From a virus: a DNA stretch of 64,000 nucleotides. Location: the IMG/VR virus record IMGVR_UViG_3300050343_000218; one strand, 5' to 3'. Every line of letters starts with the position of its first letter. Positions within the stretch are counted from its first letter, which is position 1. Positions 34,749-40,660 of the stretch are shown here, piece by piece. Below the pieces are notes generated by a model. It ran no database searches. It worked only from the letters and a program-made list of their open reading frames with translations, and was not told where the DNA came from. Both the position numbers and the translations under genes were made by a program.

Positions 34749-34969
34749 TTGTATTGATCTAACACTTGAGCAATGATTTTAATAGACTCTTGAAACTCTT
34801 CAGCATCTTGTCCACCTTGTACGATGTATGCTAGTTCTTCTAGTGCATCATCAACAGTTAGTCTATTGTTTAACGTTTCACGGTAGTGTGCAACAGCGAG
34901 CATTTCTTCGTGAGTCATTGCCTTATAGGTTGATGGTGTCATTATACAGGAGATGGGGGTGAGTGTCAA
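34745..34969 (-). CDS. Hypothetical protein (74 aa)
   Basis: Tiles in a minus-strand operon. Confidence 0.65.
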   Translation of the reverse strand: MTLTPISCIMTPSTYKAMTHEEMLAVAHYRETLNNRLTVDDALEELAYIVQGGQDAEEFQESIKIIAQVLDQYK

Positions 34970-35224
34970 CTAGTATCTAGTAGGGATATTCTTAGATTGT
35001 GTCACTTGTTCTTGTGTCACAGTGTTGTCTAGATCAGTAGGGCGTTGACCTAAGATGAGAGACTGTACGACCTTCGCCTTTTTAATGTTATTATCCATTG
35101 CGTTAATAGATCTAGTGATGCACTCATTGATATCATCATACATTTCAGTTGATGTTGATAGAGGATCACAGATGTATGCATCTAGGATAATTTGTAGTTC
35201 AGCTTTCAGTTGTTGGGAAGACAT
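34970..35224 (-). CDS. Hypothetical protein (84 aa)
   Basis: Tiles in a minus-strand operon. Confidence 0.65.
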   Translation of the reverse strand: MSSQQLKAELQIILDAYICDPLSTSTEMYDDINECITRSINAMDNNIKKAKVVQSLILGQRPTDLDNTVTQEQVTQSKNIPTRY

Positions 35225-35654
35225 AGTATTTGTAATGGGTGAAAGGTTTAGGGTGATGTAAGGTTAGGAACTTAATAGCGTGTTCTTCACATTGAAACCA
35301 AGCTATACGTTTTTCAGACTTAAGTTCAACTCTATAAGGGAAGGTAGGATGAGGGAATAGTTTAAGTTCCCGTGATCTAGTAGGTTTAAACTCTAGTTTC
35401 TTTACCTTCGCTTTCCGAGTTGTACCAGAACTCTTCTTTGTCTTTTTCTGTTGCTGTGGTGATGTTAGGGTTGATAGGTTTTGGTTTAAGGACTGCTGTG
35501 TTTTTACCTTGGGTGCTGGTTTGGTTTTGTTCGAGGTAGTTTTTGATGAGGGCTTTAAAGTCTTCTTTGGTGTAGGTGTTGAGGATGCTTTCTTTCGGGT
35601 CTGTTTCATCCCAGTCGATGTTGAAGCTTCCGTCTTCGTTTTGCGTGACATCAA
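35199..35654 (-). CDS. Basic low-complexity protein (up to 151 aa) overlapping the 90-aa gene in another frame
   Basis: The C-terminal FPHPTFPYRVELKSEKRIAWFQCEEHAIKFL looks like a real cyanophage domain. The only ATG codons (35651 and one shortly after) lie inside the 35386-35658 gene. Confidence 0.55.
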   Translation of the reverse strand: MMSRKTKTEASTSTGMKQTRKKASSTPTPKKTLKPSSKTTSNKTKPAPKVKTQQSLNQNLSTLTSPQQQKKTKKSSGTTRKAKVKKLEFKPTRSRELKLFPHPTFPYRVELKSEKRIAWFQCEEHAIKFLTLHHPKPFTHYKYYVFPTTES

Positions 35655-35658
35655 TCAT
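35386..35658 (-). CDS. Conserved cyanophage hypothetical protein (90 aa)
   Basis: MIDVTQNEDGSFNIDWDETDPKESILN.YTKEDF pattern. Confidence 0.7.
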   Translation of the reverse strand: MIDVTQNEDGSFNIDWDETDPKESILNTYTKEDFKALIKNYLEQNQTSTQGKNTAVLKPKPINPNITTATEKDKEEFWYNSESEGKETRV

Positions 35659-35695
35659 TGCCTAGTTAAATAGATGTAATTGAACGTATTCTACT

Positions 35696-35872
35696 ATGAG
35701 TTGTCGAAATTGCCAAGAGGTTGACTTGGATGATCTTGAAGATCAGATGTTTGCTCATTTGATAACAGAAATGGAAGAAGGCTTTACAGTGAAGCTAGAT
35801 GATGGTACAATCATTATCTTCGATAGTTTTGCGGAAGCAAAGGAGTTTATTTTTGATGGCGGATTACGCTAG
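35696..35872 (+). CDS. Small acidic protein (58 aa)
   Basis: Manual translation MSCRNCQEVDLDDLEDQMFAHLITEMEEGFTVKLDDGTIIIFDSFAEAKEFIFDGGLR. It follows TTAAATA at about 35666 and overlaps the oxygenase start. Confidence 0.65.
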   Translation: MSCRNCQEVDLDDLEDQMFAHLITEMEEGFTVKLDDGTIIIFDSFAEAKEFIFDGGLR

Positions 35873-36545
35873 AGAAGTAATAGAACATCGTACTGAGCAC
35901 GATACATTAATTAGAGAGTATCCTAATCATATACCACCACAAGTGTGTGATATGATTTGTGACTACACTGATCGCATTGAAGCAGGTCAGGAGCTTGGTG
36001 ATATCCATCGAGATAATGATACCTTCATCCGTAAAGATATCCAGTATTGGATGACTGAAGATTGCAATCCACGGTTACGTAATAGTATACTGAAAGGATG
36101 GGGTAAACTAATGAAGAATCAATATCTAAATGAGTTTACACAGCTTGGATTGAATGATTTCTGGATGAGTGCAGTTAAGATTCAGAAGACATATGCTGGT
36201 GGTGGATTTCATCGTTGGCACTATGATAACAATGGATTTGTAGTAATGGAACGTGAGTTTGTCATTACTTCATACCTTAATGATGTACATAATGGTGGAG
36301 AGACAGAGTTTCTTTATCAAGGTGTACGTGTGAAACCAGAGAAGGGAAAGACTGTAGTATTTCCAGCTGGTTATACACATATGCATAGAGGAAATCCCCC
36401 AATCGGTGGTACAAAATACATTGCAACAACGTGGGGGAATAGAATTCCTCGCATTGATGATAGAACAGAAGACCCAAGTATGGGTCATTATATCCGTCCT
36501 GCTGATCATATCATTGATCAGTATGGTGCTGGTGGATACGGTTAG
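35856..36545 (+). CDS. 2OG-Fe(II) oxygenase (probable start 35856)
   Basis: GGGFHRWHYD...YLNDVHNGGETEF...FPAGYTHMHRGNPP..GTKYIATTW gives the HxD...H facial triad. Confidence 0.9.
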   Translation: MADYAREVIEHRTEHDTLIREYPNHIPPQVCDMICDYTDRIEAGQELGDIHRDNDTFIRKDIQYWMTEDCNPRLRNSILKGWGKLMKNQYLNEFTQLGLNDFWMSAVKIQKTYAGGGFHRWHYDNNGFVVMEREFVITSYLNDVHNGGETEFLYQGVRVKPEKGKTVVFPAGYTHMHRGNPPIGGTKYIATTWGNRIPRIDDRTEDPSMGHYIRPADHIIDQYGAGGYG

Positions 36546-36724
36546 AAATCCGTATCATATTTACTATAGAGATAAGCTAGCACCTCATCTCTATATTCTA
36601 GTAACTCGTTATAACACACTTGGTTGTGTGCACATTGACGAAGTGCAGAATCTGGTTTGTATACTGATTCAATAAACAAACCCAATGCACGTCTACGTTT
36701 ATCTTCCTTACATTCATCAGTCAT
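36542..36724 (-). CDS. Conserved cyanophage hypothetical protein (60 aa)
   Basis: RRRALGLFIESVYKPDSALRQCAHNQ.CYNELLEYR pattern. Confidence 0.75.
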   Translation of the reverse strand: MTDECKEDKRRRALGLFIESVYKPDSALRQCAHNQVCYNELLEYRDEVLAYLYSKYDTDF

Positions 36725-37120
36725 TTATGATCTCCTCTTGTCAAATAAGTGTATTGATTGCTCGCCATCAAGATAAGCTAAGATAGCATTGGTGCGATTT
36801 AAGTGATCCTGAAAGTAATCCTGTAAACTGTACAATCTTGTCCTGAGATCCGACACGAAGTCGTATGGAGTAAACTCTGTATCGTTTGTAATGTACTCCA
36901 ACAGTATGTCATCCAGTGAACCCATCAGGTGCTCACGATATTTATCCTTCGGTGTTACTGATTCGTCCGAGTTCGTGTCCAAGGTAGAGGTAGAGGTCTC
37001 CACACTTGGTGTGATGACTACGCTCGATGGTTTTTTGTTGGGACTTTGAGAGGAACTGGAGGGCATCTGTGAGGACTTTAATTTCATTGGAGGAAAGAAG
37101 GACTGGTTGACGCATAACAA
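36725..37120 (-). CDS. Hypothetical protein (131 aa) with a Ser/Thr-rich N-terminus
   Basis: ORF tiles between its neighbours. Confidence 0.7.
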   Translation of the reverse strand: MLCVNQSFFPPMKLKSSQMPSSSSQSPNKKPSSVVITPSVETSTSTLDTNSDESVTPKDKYREHLMGSLDDILLEYITNDTEFTPYDFVSDLRTRLYSLQDYFQDHLNRTNAILAYLDGEQSIHLFDKRRS

Positions 37121-37136
37121 TAATAAGTCAATGACA

Positions 37137-37277
37137 TTATAACATAGAAGCTTCTATAATGTCTAACATCTCTCCACACTCATCAGCAGTGTCCTCATCA
37201 GCTAACACTGCATAATCCTCAACTGCATCAGCGAGGATTTCCATCTGGACCTTAGTTAGTGTGATAGTATATTCCAT
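37137..37277 (-). CDS. Small acidic protein (46 aa)
   Basis: MEYTITLTKVQMEILADAVEDYAVLADEDTADECGEMLDIIEASML. TGATG overlap with the upstream gene. Confidence 0.7.
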   Translation of the reverse strand: MEYTITLTKVQMEILADAVEDYAVLADEDTADECGEMLDIIEASML

Positions 37278-37531
37278 CAACCCACTGCCATTGGAGTGTA
37301 CTCAGAGCGAGGCATCTGAGACATATTGTATCCATTAACTGTAGCACCGTTAGCGATGCGTGTCTCCCACTCGTTACGTGCTGTGAGTGATGTCACTGTG
37401 CTGTAGGACTTGAGACCGTTAGCATTCCAGGTGACACGCTTCTGGAAACGCTTGACGATCACGTCATCACCTTCAGCGATGAATGCCTCAGGGAAGAAAT
37501 CAACTGTGCAGACGTTGTTGGAGATTTGCAT
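37277..37531 (-). CDS. Conserved cyanophage early protein (84 aa)
   Basis: MQISN...VDFFPEAFIA...VKRFQKRVTW pattern, with its own promoter. Confidence 0.8.
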   Translation of the reverse strand: MQISNNVCTVDFFPEAFIAEGDDVIVKRFQKRVTWNANGLKSYSTVTSLTARNEWETRIANGATVNGYNMSQMPRSEYTPMAVG

Positions 37532-37558
37532 TTGAGTGGGGTTGTTTGGTATGTACTT

Positions 37559-37616
37559 ATTATAGCGGGTCAGCGGGTCAGCGCAGCCCGTGTTGGGACA
37601 CTTCGACAGGTGTCAT
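37559..37616 (-). promoter_or_regulatory. Early promoter (-10 TATAAT plus dyad)
   Basis: -10 at 37559-37564. GGGACA-N10-TGTCAT at 37595-37616. Confidence 0.8.
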
Positions 37617-37814
37617 AGCCTGGACAGTGAGACGCTTCCATCCACGCACGTCGCGAATGCCTTCGATCATCTCGCTCACAACACGCTCCAGTTGACGCTC
37701 ACGACCCTTGACAGTGGTGCACTTGCCACACTTGCGGAACAGTTCGCTCACAGTGCTGTCTTCGTTGGTGATGAAGATGTGGTAGTGTGTGTGCTTGACT
37801 TGGGTGACTGCCAT
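37578..37814 (-). CDS. Hypothetical early protein (78 aa)
   Basis: ORF directly behind the promoter at 37837. Confidence 0.75.
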   Translation of the reverse strand: MAVTQVKHTHYHIFITNEDSTVSELFRKCGKCTTVKGRERQLERVVSEMIEGIRDVRGWKRLTVQAMTPVEVSQHGLR

Positions 37815-37836
37815 TGGGTGCCTTGCTGATGTACTT

Positions 37837-37894
37837 ATTATAGCGTGTGGAGTGGATCAGACCATACGGACTGTGACACTATGAGTACCGTCCT
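37837..37894 (-). promoter_or_regulatory. Early promoter (-10 TATAAT plus dyad)
   Basis: -10 at 37837-37842. GTGACA-N10-CGTCCT at 37873-37894. Confidence 0.75.
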
Positions 37895-38018
37895 TATCCA
37901 GCTGACGGCAGAGCAATTCGGAATGTATGCTACGTGCCAACTGCTGGTCAAGCGTCTCGTAGCACACTTCACCCTCTTCAGGAGTGACAGCATTGATCTG
38001 ATAGTAGGAACCGATCAT
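37857..38018 (-). CDS. Small early protein (53 aa)
   Basis: MIGSYYQINAVTPEEGEVCYETLDQQLARSIHSELLCRQLDKDGTHSVTVRMV. TGATG coupling with the upstream gene. Confidence 0.7.
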   Translation of the reverse strand: MIGSYYQINAVTPEEGEVCYETLDQQLARSIHSELLCRQLDKDGTHSVTVRMV

Positions 38019-38170
38019 CAGTAGAGTTCTCCGTCTTTAGCTTTGGGGAAGGAATGCACAATCTCCACAATAGTCTGAACCATCTCACCTTGCGCATCTG
38101 CTGGCAGTGCGGTGACATAGAGCAGACCGAGACCGCAGATGAAGGTTGATAGCAACCAAGATTTGCGCAT
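38018..38170 (-). CDS. Small exported early protein (50 aa)
   Basis: MRKSWLLSTFICGLGLLYVTALPADA|QGE... is signal-peptide-like with an A-x-A site. Confidence 0.7.
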   Translation of the reverse strand: MRKSWLLSTFICGLGLLYVTALPADAQGEMVQTIVEIVHSFPKAKDGELY

Positions 38171-38195
38171 CAGTGGGTTTCTTGCGTATGTACCT

Positions 38196-38253
38196 ATTAT
38201 AATGCCCCCATCACGAAGTGACAGGGGCTCTGTGCCAGCTCTTTAACTGAACA
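38196..38253 (-). promoter_or_regulatory. Early promoter (-10 TATAAT plus dyad)
   Basis: -10 at 38196-38201. GTGCCA-N10-TGAACA at 38232-38253. Confidence 0.75.
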
Positions 38254-38404
38254 CTGGTAGGACATCGATGCACGTTATAGTGGGATCCTTAGCAAGGTTC
38301 TCCATAAGGTGCTCAACAGACTCAAGATCATATAATACCACTGATTGGCGAGCGGTAAATCCACTTTTTTTCTTCGGTTGTCTCCACTGTACGCTCCACT
38401 TCAT
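38243..38404 (-). CDS. Small hypothetical protein (53 aa) overlapping the lysozyme 3' end
   Basis: MKWSVQWRQPKKKSGFTARQSVVLYDLESVEHLMENLAKDPTITCIDVLPVFS resembles the cyanophage MKY.V.W..PKKKG...Q family. Confidence 0.65.
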   Translation of the reverse strand: MKWSVQWRQPKKKSGFTARQSVVLYDLESVEHLMENLAKDPTITCIDVLPVFS

Positions 38405-38891
38405 TGATTTTAGTGATGTAATTGTTTGTATAGGACCACCTCTGACCTGTCGTACCCCAACGAATCCACGAAAAAGATGCGTCTTGATACTGTTGGAGCG
38501 GAAGTCCTGGTGTGTTGAACACGGAACGCACTAACGTATAGTCATATTCATTGACTAGGTAGCGCATTTGTCCTTCAACAGTGCTGGGATCACACCCATA
38601 ATTGCTACAGAATGTACCAAGACCCTTGATACGTCCCGCAGATGTCCACTGAAGAAGACCAAATCCTCCGCTCGTGTTCTTATAGCAGTCCATATAGGAT
38701 ACTGCTAGCGTAGGAAAGTAACCCTCACACGCTAGCGGGTTGAATTGTGATTCTTGTTTAATGTTACCAAGAATAACAGCAGCTGCATTTTTATCTGTGA
38801 CGCCATCTTCTTGTAGGACATTTAAAACGGTGTTTTCAACAGGACTGCAAAGGGCACAAACAAGGGCAATTGGTGCAAGGGGACTAGTCAT
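38328..38891 (-). CDS. Phage tail lysozyme-type (Phage_lysozyme2-like) cell-wall hydrolase with a hydrophobic N-terminus
   Basis: AAAVILGNIKQES.FNP...GGFGLLQWTS.GR...STVEGQMRYLVNE. Confidence 0.85.
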   Translation of the reverse strand: MTSPLAPIALVCALCSPVENTVLNVLQEDGVTDKNAAAVILGNIKQESQFNPLACEGYFPTLAVSYMDCYKNTSGGFGLLQWTSAGRIKGLGTFCSNYGCDPSTVEGQMRYLVNEYDYTLVRSVFNTPGLPLQQYQDASFSWIRWGTTGQRWSYTNNYITKINEVERTVETTEEKKWIYRSPISGII

Positions 38892-38928
38892 AGGTTCTAG
38901 GGGTGTTGTAGGGGATTATAGAGGGGTC

Positions 38929-39126
38929 TCACGAGACCTGCTCGAAGTCTTCAATCTGATCTACACTCACACGATGCTCACCAGCAATCATATAATAATG
39001 ATTAGGGGTGCCATTCTCTTGCTCTTGTATACCAAGATACTTGAGTTCAGAGTCTTCAAAGTTGTGCTCACGCATTACAGCTTGTATCTTGAGATGCAAG
39101 AGTTCGTTCTTCTGAGGTACCAACAT
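38929..39126 (-). CDS. Hypothetical protein (65 aa)
   Basis: LLHLKIQAVMREH...LKYLG...HYYMIAGEHRV.VDQIEDFE, a cyanophage-like pattern. Confidence 0.75.
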   Translation of the reverse strand: MLVPQKNELLHLKIQAVMREHNFEDSELKYLGIQEQENGTPNHYYMIAGEHRVSVDQIEDFEQVS

Positions 39127-39355
39127 AGACCTTGTGCAATTGTGTAAGTGAAGTGATCTTTTTTTCGGGATGTACCACGCATTCCTTCCATTTATAACGT
39201 GGTACGACTACACACGTAATGTTATAGGGACAGCGTGCAAATTCATCTTGGAGCTCACATTTGATGGTGACGGTGATGTAATCATCATCCACAAACCATA
39301 CCATACCACTGATGTTACAGTGGGGGACATCTAACCAGTCTCCAATCTCAAACAT
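39068..39355 (-). CDS. Hypothetical protein (95 aa)
   Basis: G.VWFVDDDYITVTIK...CVVVP pattern. TGATG coupling with the upstream gene. Confidence 0.7.
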   Translation of the reverse strand: MFEIGDWLDVPHCNISGMVWFVDDDYITVTIKCELQDEFARCPYNITCVVVPRYKWKECVVHPEKKITSLTQLHKVYVGTSEERTLASQDTSCNA

Positions 39356-39654
39356 CAGCTGTGAATAGGTGCAGTGATAGTATCTTTGACATAACAGCTC
39401 TTACCTGTCAACCATTTAGGATACTCTGCATCTTCCATTGCAAGTAGACATTGCATCTGATTGTCAAAATAGTATACATCGTGCCAATGGTTACTATATT
39501 CTCTCTTCTCTTGCAGACGATAGTCAGGCTCACCATTCTCTAGTGTGCCACACGAGACAAAGCGGAAACCGTCACGCTCAAGGATGGTTTTGGTCACAAT
39601 ACGTGCAATCATTGGATCAAGGGATAGTTTAATAGAAAATAGTTTGAATGTCAA
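39355..39654 (-). CDS. Conserved cyanophage hypothetical protein (99 aa)
   Basis: ILERDGFRFVSCG.LE.NGEPDYRLQ...HW.DVYYFDNQMQCLLAMED.EYPKWL. Confidence 0.75.
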   Translation of the reverse strand: MTFKLFSIKLSLDPMIARIVTKTILERDGFRFVSCGTLENGEPDYRLQEKREYSNHWHDVYYFDNQMQCLLAMEDAEYPKWLTGKSCYVKDTITAPIHS

Positions 39655-40019
39655 CGATACAGGTAACCACCTGCCCAGTCACAATTCTCAAACAACCACT
39701 CACGCTCGGTGATGATTAAGAGATTAAAGCGCACACCCTTAGCAGGTGCTTTGTATGATGCTGGCTTGTATACTTCACCTGTCTTCTTGTCAATGAATGC
39801 GTGCACTGATTCAGTTTGACCATTGACGCACTGCATCACTTTGTGATACTTACGACCAGAAGAGATCAACGCATAAGAATAGTTCTGACCATTAGGATGT
39901 GAACGCTGATGAGACTGTTGCAGTGCATCGCACAACATCAAACCATACTTAGTGACGTTGAGTTGGTTGGTGTTGCGAGCATCTTGTGCTGCGCAGTATG
40001 TAGCGAAGTCAGTGGTCAT
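39651..40019 (-). CDS. Conserved phage early protein (122 aa)
   Basis: GRKYHKV...SVHAFIDKKTGEVYKPASYKAPAKGVRFNL...CDWAGGYLY motif. Confidence 0.85.
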   Translation of the reverse strand: MTTDFATYCAAQDARNTNQLNVTKYGLMLCDALQQSHQRSHPNGQNYSYALISSGRKYHKVMQCVNGQTESVHAFIDKKTGEVYKPASYKAPAKGVRFNLLIITEREWLFENCDWAGGYLYR

Positions 40020-40044
40020 TGCGTTGTCCCTCGATTACCTTTGT

Positions 40045-40103
40045 ATTATACAGCTGATGGGTGGTCAGTCATCGGTGTCTGTGCCACCTTCTGAACTGGT
40101 CAC
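40045..40103 (-). promoter_or_regulatory. Early promoter (-10 TATAAT plus dyad)
   Basis: -10 at 40045-40050. GTGCCA-N10-TGGTCAC from 40081. Confidence 0.75.
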
Positions 40104-40322
40104 CTTGCCGTAGTCTAGCTCAGCATCGTAGGCAGAATTGAATGCATCACACAAAAACTTGAGTGAGGGATCCTCTTGTGGTTTTGGTACAGCACCACGC
40201 TTACGGAGCTGTCTCCACGTCTGTGCAGGTTTGTGAGCACGCTGAGCACGGTAGAAGGGTTCAAGAGCAGCAGCATCCTTGACGCTGAGTGTGTGGCGAG
40301 GAGGGAGGGTGCCTTGTGTCAC
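40065..40322 (-). CDS. Hypothetical early protein (85 aa, GTG start)
   Basis: First ORF behind the promoter at 40344. Confidence 0.7.
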   Translation of the reverse strand: MTQGTLPPRHTLSVKDAAALEPFYRAQRAHKPAQTWRQLRKRGAVPKPQEDPSLKFLCDAFNSAYDAELDYGKVTSSEGGTDTDD

Positions 40323-40343
40323 AGGTCAATTGCGAATGATCAT

Positions 40344-40400
40344 AGTATACAACAAAAAACCCCCGCCAGTGGCAGGGGTGGACAGTTCACGAATCGGCAC
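40344..40400 (-). promoter_or_regulatory. Early promoter (-10 TATACT plus dyad), first of the early block
   Basis: -10 at 40344-40349. GTGGACA-N10-CGGCAC at 40378-40400. Confidence 0.75.
40351..40378 (-). terminator. Intrinsic terminator closing the tail-fibre island
   Basis: Minus strand CCCCTGCC-ACT-GGCGGGGG followed by TTTTTTGTT. Confidence 0.8.
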
Positions 40401-40632
40401 TAATTAATTTGTTTAGGATGGAATCGCTGTATCGTAGTTGAACTGTACGAAACACCTCACGCTTTTGCATATCAGTAGATTCACTAAACTTCAATGCAAC
40501 CATCTGTTCAGAGAACATAGTACGATAGGTTCGGATCATCTCTTTAAGATGACCCCGCTCCTCCAACGTGAGAGAAATCTCACGACATTGCATCATATCT
40601 TCGGTTGGTTGAGGAATAGAATGTGCGCCCAT
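40387..40632 (-). CDS. Hypothetical protein (81 aa)
   Basis: ORF between the 1391-aa gene and the terminator. Confidence 0.6.
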   Translation of the reverse strand: MGAHSIPQPTEDMMQCREISLTLEERGHLKEMIRTYRTMFSEQMVALKFSESTDMQKREVFRTVQLRYSDSILNKLISADS

Positions 40633-40660
40633 TTACTTTTTTAGCAACGCACACATTATA

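Noticed and set aside
35383-35392. TTTAAAC slippery heptamer at the end of the 90-aa ORF (minus strand)
   Set aside because: It is not in the X XXY YYZ phase for either ORF, so a classical -1 frameshift is not supported.
30920-40400. Regularly recurring dyad repeats as a CRISPR array or attC-type cassette sites
   Set aside because: The repeats are degenerate, separated by whole genes, tied to -10 boxes, and no cas or integrase gene is present.
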